From an uncultured Acidimicrobiia bacterium (lineage in GTDB: Bacteria; Actinomycetota; Acidimicrobiia; Acidimicrobiales; AC-14), in contig CAWIIV010000012.1 of NCBI GenBank assembly GCA_963836205.1, positions 64,001-128,000 on the forward strand: a stretch of DNA of 64,000 nucleotides, given 5' to 3'. Shown piece after piece: positions 1 to 10,160 of the stretch. Made by a program: the position numbers and the translations under genes. The notes beneath the pieces were generated by a model, which was not told the DNA's origin, did not search any database, and was given only the letters and a program-made list of their open reading frames with translations. Positions within the stretch are counted from its first letter, which is position 1. Every line of letters begins with the position of its first letter.

Positions 1-845
1 CGACGGCGTCGGGAAGATGGCGTGGGCGACCATGTCGCACACCGTTCGATCGGTGGCGTGGCCGAGCGCGGTCAGCACCGGGACCGGGCAGCCGGCGACG
101 GCCAGGGCCAGCTCCGGCGAGTCGAACGCGGCCAGGTCGCTGCGGGCGCCGCCGCCTCGGGCCAACAGGATCACCTCGACCTTCTGGGCGCATAGGCCCC
201 GCAGCGCCCGCTCCACCTGGGGGGCGGCCGACGGACCGCTCATCGCGGCCCGAGCCTCCAACACCTCGAAACCATGGCGCGACCGACCCAGCACCTCGAT
301 GACGTCGGCCGCGGCCCTGCCCCCTCGGCGCCCGAGACCAGTCCGATCCGCCGGGGAGCGGCGGGCAGTACGAGCGCCCGCTGCGACGCCATCGCCCCAC
401 TGGCCTCAAGCTCACGCACCAGGTCGTCGCGGGCGAGCACGGCCGCGCCCACCGCGATGCGGGGGTCGACCCCGAGGGCCACCATCCGCAGCGGGCCGTA
501 GGCGCCGTTGGACTCCAGCCGGCCGTAGACGGCGACCTCGAGTCCGTCGGCCAGCTCCACTCCTACTCTGGCCAGGACCTGGTCGATCTCGACCGCCGAC
601 TGGCGGAAGATGCCCACCGGCAGCACCGCCCGCACCGTGGTGGCGTCACGCTGGTACTCCACGAGCTCCAGCGACACGAAGCCCTTCCGCCGCCGCAGGC
701 TGCTGATGGTGCCTACCACCCACAGCTGGCGCATCCCGGCCGTGGCCAGCGCCGCATCCAGCCCCGCGTGCACCTGACTCACTGTCCAGGACCCAGGCGT
801 CTCAGCGCCCTGCGCCGGGTCGATCGCTCTCCCGCTCGCGCGCAT
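1..845 (-). CDS. xseA: Exodeoxyribonuclease VII large subunit-like protein (frameshift near 315; runs off left edge)
   Basis: N-terminal OB fold (WTVSQV...LWVVGTISS) and RRIGLVS. After a frame change it reads ILLARGGGARSDLAAFDSPELA...PVPVLTALGHATDRTVCDMVA..FPTPS, typical of XseA. RBS AAGGAGG at 851-857. Confidence 0.85.
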
Positions 846-872
846 CGCGTCCTCCTTACGCAGCCGTGCCGA

Positions 873-895
873 ATGGTAGAAGGCCCCTGCGACAA
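873..895 (-). promoter_or_regulatory. PafBC/RecA-NDp-type DNA-damage promoter
   Basis: Minus strand reads TTGTCGC-aggggccttc(10 nt)-TACCAT, matching TGTCGG-N10-TA-N3-T with one mismatch, about 28 bp upstream of the xseA ATG. Confidence 0.6.
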
Positions 896-941
896 CAAGG
901 GGCGGCCTCTGAGGCGAGGCAACGCGAGCCGAAGCCTCAGT

Positions 942-1622
942 TTACCTGCGCCCCTCCAGGTCCGGGGGGACCATTCGGTGCGCGGGCGGCTTGCGCAGGG
1001 GAGCGTGATCGCGTACCCACCCGGGGCACTTTCGTTTCACGACGGCCCAGCTCCTCCTGCCAGGAAGGTAGGGCGAATTGTCGAGCCGCCGGGCGATGAC
1101 GCCTTCGGCCCCGATCTCCTCGCACGCCTCGAAGAGCGCGTCGCCGTCGGGGAACTCGGTTGCCGTCACCCAGTGCCGACCGCCGAACTCAAGAGCTTCC
1201 AGCGACGCTCGGCGCTGCCGGTAGGCGTTGTCGAGGAGCAGACGCCCGTCGAGCCACAACAGGTCGAAGGCCACGAAGGTCACCGGCGTCGACCGGCGGC
1301 CCCGATCGATGGCCAGTGCTCCCGTCGCGTTCATCCGGCCGCCGAGGCGGTAGAAGCTGGGGGGCGACCCGTCGCCGGCGATGAGCTCCCCATCCAGTAC
1401 CGCCCGGTGGCCGTCGACCGCAGCGGCCGCGGCCGCCAGCTCCGGTACCGCCCGTTCGACGTGGCGGCCCGTACGGGTGACGAGGCGGATCTCTCCGGAA
1501 CAGCCGTCGATCAGCAGCTGCACCCGCCAGCCGTCGTTCTTGACGGCGTAGACAACCTCACCTGTCGGCACCGGTCCGGTGGAGACCAGCATTGGTGCGA
1601 TCCGGGGCAGGTCGGAGATCAC
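942..1622 (-). CDS. ATP-dependent DNA ligase catalytic domain (LigC/LigD-like)
   Basis: KNDGWR (KxDGxR), VLDGEL, FVAFDLLWLDG, EGVIARR, SPYLPGRRS motifs. Confidence 0.85.
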   Translation of the reverse strand: MISDLPRIAPMLVSTGPVPTGEVVYAVKNDGWRVQLLIDGCSGEIRLVTRTGRHVERAVPELAAAAAAVDGHRAVLDGELIAGDGSPPSFYRLGGRMNATGALAIDRGRRSTPVTFVAFDLLWLDGRLLLDNAYRQRRASLEALEFGGRHWVTATEFPDGDALFEACEEIGAEGVIARRLDNSPYLPGRRSWAVVKRKCPGWVRDHAPLRKPPAHRMVPPDLEGRR

Positions 1623-2105
1623 CGGCGAGCCACCACCCTTGCTCTACGTCGGATTCCGGGTCCCCGTCCCACACCCGTGCACCGTCCACGATCCCCTATA
1701 TGTCTCGCTCCCCGGCGACGGAAGATGCCTGTGGTGTCGTCGGGCCCGTCGCCCAGCCCGGTTCCCTGCTCGGCGCAACGCTCGAGTCGAGTGAGTCAGG
1801 CTCGACGCAGCAAATCCGAGCGACGCGGCGTGCCCGATCGCCGGCGCCACGTTCGAGTAGGTCGACGGCGGCAACTTCGGGCCACGCCAGGCGTTCCCGA
1901 TGAGCCTGCCAAGGTGCGCTCGAACGAGTTCACGAGGTTGACGTGGTGGTGGTCATACACGCCCGTGGGCATCGCCGCGAATGAACTGGGTAGTCGGGGA
2001 ACGCGGGGCCAGCACGCGCCGGACCGACCGCGGAGCCAGTGTGTCTGTAGGACACGGGGTTCAACGCCGCACGCGCTACTACCAGCACGCGTAGCGTCTC
2101 TGTTA

Positions 2106-2762
2106 GTGGACCTCTCAAACAGCTACGAGACAGCGGTCCCGGCGGACGTGCTTGCCCGCTATGACTGGCGAGAGACCCGCAATGCGGCGAGCATCATCCG
2201 CCACACGAACCCGGACGAGTTCGACGACTTCCTAGAGGTCCTGCGCGCCTTTACGCTCGACGAGGCCAGGGACATCCTGGTGGCCGGCAAGAACGAGAGT
2301 CTGACGGCCAAGTGGCTCAACCATGCGTTCCGAGCCCGAGGATGGCGAGAGGCGACCTATCAGGTCCAGCTCAGGGCGGAGTTGATCCTCAGGCCGTATC
2401 GGCTCGCAGGTGAGTTGAAGTCCCAGAGCCAGGTGTCCGAGGTCGTGACGTCGTCCTACCTGGTGGACAACGTGAAGGGACGGGTCGCTCTCGACGTCGA
2501 GTGGCAAGCGAAGGACGGCAACCTCGATCGAGACATCGCCGCGTACCGGTCCCTCTACGACGCGGGGATTATCGACGCAGCCTTGATTGTGACGATGACT
2601 CGAGCGGACCTACGGGCCATGGTGCTCGACGCCGACCCAGCGTCCAAGAAATTCGGCACCTCTACAACCACCAACGTGGAGATGGCCACGCCGAGACTGC
2701 AACGAGGCGACGGCGGTGGGTGCCCGCTCCTAATCGCCGCCATCTGCGCCCGGACGACCTAG
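2106..2762 (+). CDS. BglII/BstYI-family type II restriction endonuclease
   Basis: C-terminal third of the 768..2762 ORF, with GTG at 2106 and TAGCGT -10 just upstream. Motif LVDNVKGRVALDVEWQAKDGNLDRD and GDGGGCP tail. Convergent with the MTase. Confidence 0.75.
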   Translation: MDLSNSYETAVPADVLARYDWRETRNAASIIRHTNPDEFDDFLEVLRAFTLDEARDILVAGKNESLTAKWLNHAFRARGWREATYQVQLRAELILRPYRLAGELKSQSQVSEVVTSSYLVDNVKGRVALDVEWQAKDGNLDRDIAAYRSLYDAGIIDAALIVTMTRADLRAMVLDADPASKKFGTSTTTNVEMATPRLQRGDGGGCPLLIAAICARTT

Positions 2763-3397
2763 CGTGCGCCCCTATACATGGGGTGTTGCAGACCCCGGGG
2801 CGTCACGTCGGGGTCTGACTCGTTACCCCAGACTCGCCATCCCGGGGCGGGGTACCGCGCGAACAGCTCAAGGCGGGGTCCTGGTGAGCAGGCCTCGATG
2901 ACTGGATACAACTCGTCGGGCTTGCGCGAGTGCTCCCGCTTCTGCGTCTCGATCATGTTCACTTGGCGTCGGCCCGGAGGGAGCGTCCGCAGCTTGCCCC
3001 GCACCCCGAACAGGACCGGTTCCGTCACGTTGCGGAAGTAGAACCCGACACCCCGCCCATCGGGCCCGCCGTCCTTTCTCCTCTTCGCCCAGACGATCAT
3101 CGACTTGTAGGTGAAGCCCCAGGCCTCCATCACCGCCAGGCCCTCTGAGATCAGAGCGTTGGGCACCCAGAGGTAACAGTGAGACTGCCGAGCGACCACG
3201 TTCGCCACGGGAAGCGCGGCGATGTCCTTCCAGGTCATGGTGTCGTAGCGGCTCAGTCGGCGGTGCTCGGGAGCGACCTTGCCGGTTCGATTCTGAAAGC
3301 GCCACGGCGGGTCAGCAAGGATGGTGCCGAACGGTACGCCGCCCAGGCAGCCAAGCGTGAGGTCGGCGGCCTCAGTATCGACTGGAAGGGCGGTCAC
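2759..3397 (-). CDS. MT-A70 family adenine methyltransferase
   Basis: ILADPPW, CYLWVPN, WGFTYK, EHSRKP, LELFAR motifs. Confidence 0.9.
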   Translation of the reverse strand: MTALPVDTEAADLTLGCLGGVPFGTILADPPWRFQNRTGKVAPEHRRLSRYDTMTWKDIAALPVANVVARQSHCYLWVPNALISEGLAVMEAWGFTYKSMIVWAKRRKDGGPDGRGVGFYFRNVTEPVLFGVRGKLRTLPPGRRQVNMIETQKREHSRKPDELYPVIEACSPGPRLELFARYPAPGWRVWGNESDPDVTPRGLQHPMYRGAR

Positions 3398-3669
3398 TGC
3401 TCGCCCCGAATGTCAGCCAGGTGCTTGTTTCCAAGCCGAGGCACCCGCCAGCGGATCCAGCCGTCCACCGCCTTGAGTTCCAGAGCGAAGCGAGCCGCCC
3501 GCGAGGGCGAGCCGAACGTCCTGCCACCGACCGTGACTGACCCGTCTGCCTCCAGGACGCCGTCGATGTTCGGTTTCGACAGCCGCTGCAGAATCACTTT
3601 CTCCCCTGCCTGAAGGGCCCCCCTGTCGATCAAGTCCTTCACCGTCATCGTCCCTGTGGGTTTTGCCAT
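3394..3669 (-). CDS. Stand-alone RAMA/DUF4357-like DNA-binding protein
   Basis: DLIDRGAL..G...DGSVTV..FGSPSRAA....DGWIRWRV....LADIR pattern. 4-bp GTGA overlap with the MTase start. Confidence 0.7.
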   Translation of the reverse strand: MAKPTGTMTVKDLIDRGALQAGEKVILQRLSKPNIDGVLEADGSVTVGGRTFGSPSRAARFALELKAVDGWIRWRVPRLGNKHLADIRGEQ

Positions 3670-4011
3670 CCTGTCCCAACCTCTCGGTTGACCGCCCGGT
3701 AAATCTCTGGATCCGCAGATCTAACCCTACTGCCACCGGTCTAGCAATTGCTGGCATTCCCACAGTGAATGCCGAGGGTGTGACAACCTCAGGCGGCGAC
3801 GTGCGAACTGCGCTCCGTCCGCACCCGACGGGTCCCCCCCCGAGTGCCAGGCGTGAAGGCGAACTGACTCGCACACCTGATTACCCTGGCCGGAACTAGC
3901 GCGTGGCGCTCGACGAGCGTCTGCGCGAGCCCCGCGTTCAGTTCGGCACGGTTGTCCGCCGAAGGCGCCCGTCAACGGAGGCGGGTCGGTTGCTTCGTCC
4001 GGGCGCCGAGA

Positions 4012-5341
4012 TCATGGATTCGCCACCAGGTCATCAAGCTGCCTGTAGAAGCCGCCAAGATTGGAACTCGCGGAGAACCCGATGTCGAAGAACAAAATGG
4101 CGATATCGTCGCCGAATCCTCTAACGCGGTACGGAGGCGGTATCGTGTCCCCCGCATCCAGGGTGACCGGGTAGATGAGGCCGACCACAGCCGGCCGCCA
4201 TTGATCGTGACGACCATAGGATACGGCTTGGTAGACGTCGGTTCGTCCGATCCGTACCTTCCTTCCACCGAGCGCAAACTCAACGTCGCCCTGCGCCGAT
4301 GGCTTGTCGACCTCCTTGTACTTAGCGTCCAACAGCAGCCGCGTCGCCCCGACATCCAGGACGTAGTCAGGGTCCACCGGGCTCCGTTTGACAATCAGTC
4401 CCTGGTTGTCTAGAAGGTGCGCAGACGGCCGGGCCTTCACGAGCACCCCGCCCGACCACGCACTGAGCGCACCCCGGACGGCCTCCTGGAACAGCTTGCT
4501 TGCGTCCCAGAGAAAGGCGTCTTGGGTATGAGGTCCGCGCTCATCGCTCACGAAGAGGCCATTGATGATCGCTTGTGTCTTAGCGATGATCGGCGAATAG
4601 TGCCGCATGGCTCCTCGGAGTTGTAACCGCCGACAATCTGCTTGGGAGGCAGGGCGATCTGTCACGGTTGCGAGCAACGGTAGGATGCGGTTGCCCACGC
4701 GAGCGAGAGCCTGCCTCGCCGCCGGAATAGGGACTTCGGTCGCGAGCCTTAATGCCTTGCGTAATCCTGCCTTGAGCACCTGATTGGCCAGGTTGTCGTG
4801 CGTAGACTCGAAGAACTGGCACGGCACACTCTCTGCCTGGCCTCGGGCTAGGTGTCGACCGACGTAGTCGTGGACCAACATTCGGCCACGGACGCGCGCC
4901 TGGAGCACCTCCCGACGCAAGACGTAGTCTCGCCGAAGCCATCGCGGACGCGAACCGTTCAAGCTCGCCGATGTACCAGGCGAGCATGCAGGCCACAGGG
5001 TCGAGACGTAGCACCTTAAGATCGGCCTCCAGCGGTGTGATGGCTAGTACGTCCTTGACCCCTCCGAACGCCCAGTCAGCCATGAAGAACAGATCGGCGT
5101 CGATCTTCGGACGCAGGCGCACTTGGCGGCTCCGATCTGTGCCAACGAGCTTTGCCACACCGACGTAGCTACCTGCGCTGACGGCCCACGAACCCATACC
5201 CATTCCCAAGGGCCGCGCCACGCTCAGACGCAGGCTGGACCACGTCTCAGGAGGCACTGTTCCAATCAAGCTCTCGGGCGCGATCACCGTCTCGTGTTCC
5301 GCCGCCTCCAGTTCATCGTCGTCGAGCGACCACGAGCGCAT
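4012..5341 (-). CDS. mcrC: McrC-family PD-(D/E)xK nuclease (frameshift near 4960)
   Basis: Two ORF pieces: YVGV..RPKI..FFMADWA, then DNLANQVLK...PDYVL...LDAKYK...DVYQAVSY. Directly downstream of McrB. Confidence 0.8.
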
Positions 5342-5345
5342 TCGC

Positions 5346-7082
5346 CTAGAGCTGGGCAAGATGTCCGGCTAGGACGGCCCTGAGGTCGCCCTGCTTGGGT
5401 CGTTGACCGCCGGTGTGACCCACCGACGCAAGGAGTTGGTCCAGCCGGCCAGCGGCGAATCGTCCTTCGGCGGCGTACTCAAGTAGAAGGGGATACACCT
5501 CATACGCGAATCGTCGGGCGAGTGAGTCCAGCGCCTCGCTCGGCGTCAAAGCTGTTGGAGGTCGATCTGGCATAAAATAGGAGTGTCCGACCTGCAGATC
5601 GCGGAGTTCGGGTTCTTCGGCGAAAAGCAGGGCCACCGAGTCGAACAGGTGTAGCGCCGCAGTGCGATCCTCGGTGCCGACGAAGCCCGGCGCTTTCTCG
5701 ATCACACCGCGGTCAGCCTGAACGTCGATGAACACGAAGCGGCGGCGCAACGCGTAGTCGATCAACGCAATCGAGCGGTCGGCCGTGTTCATCGTCCCGA
5801 TGAGTCGAACGGAGGTGGGAAGCGTCAGAGTGGCCCGCCCGTCAACTTCATAGGGCGTGCCTACCGCTTCCCCCCGGTACTCGAGCGCGTAGATGAGCTC
5901 ACCGAAGATCTTGGAGATGTCGCCCCGGTTGATTTCATCGACGATAAGGACGATGTCGACATCGGCGCTGCGCGCCTCGAGTGCGGCCCCGAGGCTTGCC
6001 ACGAATCCGAGGATGCGGTTCTTCGCAACGAATGTCACCCCCCCGACGACGGTCTCGGCCTGCAGACCTCGCACGAAGTCCTCGTAGGTATAGGAGGGAT
6101 GAAACTGGACGATGTCCCAGACGGCGGGTGTTCCAGACTGGACTACCAGATCGGCTACCCGCTCCGCCGTGCGTTCATGACTTGGGAGTGAGTCGACCAG
6201 CGCACCGATACGGGCGAGTTCCGGGTCGGCCGCGACCAGCCAGCTCACGTACTGCCGGGCGACGTGGGTCTTTCCCACTCCCGGCGGACCCTGGAGGACT
6301 ACCTGGCCCTTGCGCCTCAGCTCGACATCCAGCTCCCGTAGCTCGGGGGGGAGCACCGACTGGGTCCGCCGCGGGACCGCCGTTATCACTCGACGAGACG
6401 CCGCGCGGAACTCCTGCTGCGTCAGGTTCAGCCAGTGATTCGCCCCAACTCCGAGGGCTAGGTCAACCGGATCGGAACCAGGAGCGGGGCGAATGTTGAG
6501 CTTCTCTAGCCGAGAGACGAGGTACGCCACCACGGCCGGGACCGCATGCGAGGTGGGCATTTCCGCGTCGATACCGATGATCGTCCCACCACGCTTACGC
6601 GGCACCACAAGACCCGCAGTCTCGAAGTAGCGCAGGAAGTTTGTCGCCGGCTTCCTGTCACCGAGCGCCGCCATCACGTGATCGACGTCAAAGACACTCG
6701 GGTCGAGCTTGCCGTCCTGCGTCGTCAGTACCTGTTCAACCACGTTAGCGAGGCGCGGGTCGGCTAGAAGCAGCGCCACCCACACGACCAGAGGAGCTTC
6801 ACGAGCGCGAGTGCGGCAGGCCTGTAGCAGTGGGTCGTCCCGAATTCGATCTCCATCAAAGCTGAACAGGTCGTCCGCCAACTCACCGTGAGCGTGGTCG
6901 GTGCCCTCCAGCACCCGCCGCCCCTCCAGCCTCGTCATGCCTGGCAGCACCTCGCCCAACTCCGCGACCAGCTCCTGGATCATGTAGTGCTTGGTCAGGG
7001 AGAGCTTGCCTGTGCCGATGGGACTCACAGGACCGCTCGACTCTCCGAGGGCGATTCGACGCTTCCGCTCCTCACTTTGCAC
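5346..7082 (-). CDS. mcrB: McrB-family AAA+ GTPase with unrecognised N-terminal domain
   Basis: GPPGVGKT, VQFHPSYTYEDFV, DEINRG, MNTADRS (McrB signature), DYALRRRF, VGHSYF. Confidence 0.9.
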   Translation of the reverse strand: MQSEERKRRIALGESSGPVSPIGTGKLSLTKHYMIQELVAELGEVLPGMTRLEGRRVLEGTDHAHGELADDLFSFDGDRIRDDPLLQACRTRAREAPLVVWVALLLADPRLANVVEQVLTTQDGKLDPSVFDVDHVMAALGDRKPATNFLRYFETAGLVVPRKRGGTIIGIDAEMPTSHAVPAVVAYLVSRLEKLNIRPAPGSDPVDLALGVGANHWLNLTQQEFRAASRRVITAVPRRTQSVLPPELRELDVELRRKGQVVLQGPPGVGKTHVARQYVSWLVAADPELARIGALVDSLPSHERTAERVADLVVQSGTPAVWDIVQFHPSYTYEDFVRGLQAETVVGGVTFVAKNRILGFVASLGAALEARSADVDIVLIVDEINRGDISKIFGELIYALEYRGEAVGTPYEVDGRATLTLPTSVRLIGTMNTADRSIALIDYALRRRFVFIDVQADRGVIEKAPGFVGTEDRTAALHLFDSVALLFAEEPELRDLQVGHSYFMPDRPPTALTPSEALDSLARRFAYEVYPLLLEYAAEGRFAAGRLDQLLASVGHTGGQRPKQGDLRAVLAGHLAQL

Positions 7083-7538
7083 ACGGTATCGAAGGCGCGC
7101 AACTGACCCACGCCAGGGGTCTCCTTCTAAAGCACTTCGAGCGGTCTGAATCTCCTCGTTCTTTAGGCGACCGTGTCAGCGAGCCCACAACGGAGGGCGC
7201 CCCGCTCGCCTGACGGCGGATCAGGCGAGCCGGGACGCCGCACGATCCTCCCAGATCTGCCGGGGCAGGACAACGTCTTCAGCCCCCGCCTCACTGAGTG
7301 TCGTTCCAGCGCGGGTCACGCACGGCGATAGTCGCCAGGTCCCGCCACCTCCGTATGGCACGGACCGGAAACGGGGGCGGCAAGTGTGCCGCGCAGGCAA
7401 GCCGCTGATCGCCGCCGCCACGTCGACGAGGCGTTGCTGCGGAGAGACACCGGAGGACCGAACGCGGGATTGCGCCGGCCCGTGCCTCACGGGCGACGAG
7501 GTCGGTCAGGATTGGTCGTTGTCCTGGCGGGCCGGGTA

Positions 7539-9047
7539 CTAAATGTTCTGGCATCCGGGGCCGCCGAGCGCTCGTACCGCCTCGTCGAGGCTGTCGACGC
7601 CGATCACGGTCATCAGGCCCGCGTAACGGCGGGCGAATTCGGCCTGGCCACCCGGCACGACGAGGAGCGATGCACCCGCCCGCTGCGCCGACGCGGCCTT
7701 GAACCGCAGCCCGACGATGGGACCCACGACGCCATCCGTGCCGATGGTCCCGGTAACCGCGATTGCGCGGCCGGCGGCCAACGTGTCCGGTCCGGTGGCG
7801 TCGACCAACCCAAGGGCGGCCGCCAGACCCGACGAGCTCTGCACCAGGCCGCTCAGGTCCACACGAGCAAAGCCGTCGCCGTCCACCAGCTCCACCGGGC
7901 GCCGTTCGAGCGACACCGCCCGCAGTCGAGGAGCTCCCTCGTCGCCCACCTCGACGGGCAGCGTGGCCTCGTGCGTCGCGCCCTCAGCCGAGCGGGTCTC
8001 GATGACGAGCGTTCCGTTTCCCCGCGCGCTCGCCGCGGCGTAGAGATCCTCGATGCCGTCGACGGGCCGGCCGTCTGCGCTCATAAGCTGGGCCCCCGAC
8101 GGGATCAGCCCGGTGCCGCCGAGCTGGGGATCGTGACGAGTCACGAACACGCCCCCGCCGCGAAAGGCGATGGGCCGCCCCACGCATGCGGATGCAGCCA
8201 CCACCGCGGAAGACTCCGCCAGCGTGCGACCGGCGAGGTCGCGGTCCCGGGAGCTGACCGGCCTGGTCCACGGCAGCTGCCAGTGTGCGTCCGCCGCGCT
8301 GTCGAGGGCAGCCCGGAGGAGAGTGAGTCCGGTGGCGGTGCCGTCGCTCACCGAGACGATCGGAATGCTGCCCGGCCGAGGCTCGGCGCCCTCGAGGCGG
8401 TCGCCAACGGCTACGGCATCGCCCGGCCCCTCGACGCTGGCTACGACAAGAGGCATCCGGACGAAACAGAACGCCAGGGAGGTGACGGCGAGTGCCGCGA
8501 ACAAGGTGCGGCGAACACCTGCCAGGCGAGCGGGAGTAGGACCGTTGACGACCATGCCCTCGTCGGACCGGGCCCGCAGCTCGTCCACCACCTCCTCGAT
8601 GGGAACGGGGAGGAAACACTGGTAAACGACCGGGGTACGCCGGGCCCTCCCGGTGTGGTCCAGTCGGGACCGGAGTGAGCGGCCGAGGAAGGTCTCGCGC
8701 ACCTCGACGCCGACGACGTCGCTCCACCTGGCGTGGCGTCGATCGAACATGAGCCCTTCGTCGTCCAGGCGCACGATGACCGGCGGTCGGAGAAGACGAC
8801 GAAGGGCCCACACCAGCATCACGACCGCGCCCACGCCGTAGCCGATGGCCACGGTTCTGGGCGCCGTGGGCGACAGCGCCTGCGACGCCAGCCCCCAGGC
8901 TAGGAACAGGAACATGCCTCCGACCCAGCGACGACAGCGCACGCAGTAAACGGCCGACGGATCGGCCACCTGGTGCGGCGCGGGCGAACTCATCGTCCCA
9001 TCAGCAGCACCATCGAGCTGCGACAGACCCGGCCCCCGGGCGGTCAT
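7539..9047 (-). CDS. Membrane-anchored PDZ / Lon-like (S16) protease
   Basis: N-terminal TM segments, PDZ-like ADGRPVDG, and C-terminal SSSGLAAAL, IAVTGTI..DGVVGPIVG...K, AGASLLVVP. Confidence 0.7.
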   Translation of the reverse strand: MTARGPGLSQLDGAADGTMSSPAPHQVADPSAVYCVRCRRWVGGMFLFLAWGLASQALSPTAPRTVAIGYGVGAVVMLVWALRRLLRPPVIVRLDDEGLMFDRRHARWSDVVGVEVRETFLGRSLRSRLDHTGRARRTPVVYQCFLPVPIEEVVDELRARSDEGMVVNGPTPARLAGVRRTLFAALAVTSLAFCFVRMPLVVASVEGPGDAVAVGDRLEGAEPRPGSIPIVSVSDGTATGLTLLRAALDSAADAHWQLPWTRPVSSRDRDLAGRTLAESSAVVAASACVGRPIAFRGGGVFVTRHDPQLGGTGLIPSGAQLMSADGRPVDGIEDLYAAASARGNGTLVIETRSAEGATHEATLPVEVGDEGAPRLRAVSLERRPVELVDGDGFARVDLSGLVQSSSGLAAALGLVDATGPDTLAAGRAIAVTGTIGTDGVVGPIVGLRFKAASAQRAGASLLVVPGGQAEFARRYAGLMTVIGVDSLDEAVRALGGPGCQNI

Positions 9048-9056
9048 GACGGCGGA

Positions 9057-10160
9057 TCACGACCTGCCCCCGGGGACCGGGAGCTCGCACCGTAGCGAAG
9101 CGGGCGGGACGCCCAGCCAGGAGCGAGCGGGTTGATCCGGGGTCACTGCACGGACGCGTCGGCCGGTGCCCCCCGGATTTCGATGACGTGGTAGGGGATG
9201 ATCGAGGGCTCGCCGGTCACCGGGCCTAGAGCCTCGGTGCGGGACGACGCCGAAGCCTGAGAACGTGTACGACCCCTCCCACACGACCGACAGCGCGATG
9301 CGGTAGTCGCCCTTCGTCTCCCACTTGTAGCGGGCGGCCGGCGCGTCTCGGGTACCGGGCCCGTCGGTGGTGAACCTCGGGCTGGGGTTGCGGATTGACT
9401 CGGTGTCGCCGGGCTGACGCATGTCCCACTGGTAGCGAACGGGATGAGCCCTGGTGGTCACCGTGTAGCCCCGGATCGCCACCGTCACCGACACCTCGGG
9501 GGGTGGGGGCGGGTCGATCCACAGAAGCATCTCGAGCCCAGTTAGCCCGGGCGCTTCACCCGCCGCACACCCTGCCGCCGGATTCGCTGGCCCCGGACTG
9601 GCGCTCGCCGGCGAACAGTTTCGGCCTGAGGGACTCAACATGAACGGCAGCTTCGGCAGCGGCGCCTCGGCGACGACTTCGGCGGCGCTGGGGGCTGGGG
9701 GCGGAGCGGATGTGACTCCGGCCTCTCCTGGCAGCTCACATCCCGTACTGGAGCTGACCACCTCGCCGTTTCTGGTATCAGTGAGCGTGTCCCGGTATGG
9801 CCGTCCCACCTCGCCGCTGGGCCCCGTGCAAGTGGGGGCGGGTCCGTCCAACGTCACCGGCAGGCCAGTCGTCGGATCGATCGTCGTCCTGATCGCCGCC
9901 GGATACTTATCGGGATAGGTCCGTGCCCACTGGTAGGGTGACTCGCCGGTGGTGCCCGACGATTCGGTGTCGTTCGAGCCGGTGCCGTCGGCGGGAGAAC
10001 CTGTGCTCTCCTCGTCCGGCACGCACACTCCCGCAGTGAGGTCACTGCTGCCTAACAACCCGACGCCATCTGGGCATGGAAGGGCGGCGACCGCTGTCGA
10101 CGCTGTCGACATTGCACCGATTACAAGCGTCAGCACCAATAGGACGCGCCGCGTTCTCAT
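9057..10160 (-). CDS. Secreted protein with PKD-like C-terminus (probable frameshift near 9240)
   Basis: Signal peptide, Cys pairs, GLTGLEMLLW..PVRYQW..YKWETKGDY..VVWEG. Part of the co-directional Tad operon. Confidence 0.6.
   Translation of the reverse strand: MRTRRVLLVLTLVIGAMSTASTAVAALPCPDGVGLLGSSDLTAGVCVPDEESTGSPADGTGSNDTESSGTTGESPYQWARTYPDKYPAAIRTTIDPTTGLPVTLDGPAPTCTGPSGEVGRPYRDTLTDTRNGEVVSSSTGCELPGEAGVTSAPPPAPSAAEVVAEAPLPKLPFMLSPSGRNCSPASASPGPANPAAGCAAGEAPGLTGLEMLLWIDPPPPPEVSVTVAIRGYTVTTRAHPVRYQWDMRQPGDTESIRNPSPRFTTDGPGTRDAPAARYKWETKGDYRIALSVVWEGSYTFSGFGVVPHRGSRPGDRRALDHPLPRHRNPGGTGRRVRAVTPDQPARSWLGVPPASLRCELPVPGGRS

Noticed and set aside
1623-2105. ncRNA (e.g. retron msr/msd) between ligase and REase
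   Set aside because: Only short GC hairpins are present, with no long flanking inverted repeats and no reverse transcriptase in the window.
768-2762. 664-aa ORF as a single fusion protein
   Set aside because: The first two-thirds is the antisense shadow of the ligase plus non-coding DNA. Only 2106-2762 looks like a protein (REase).
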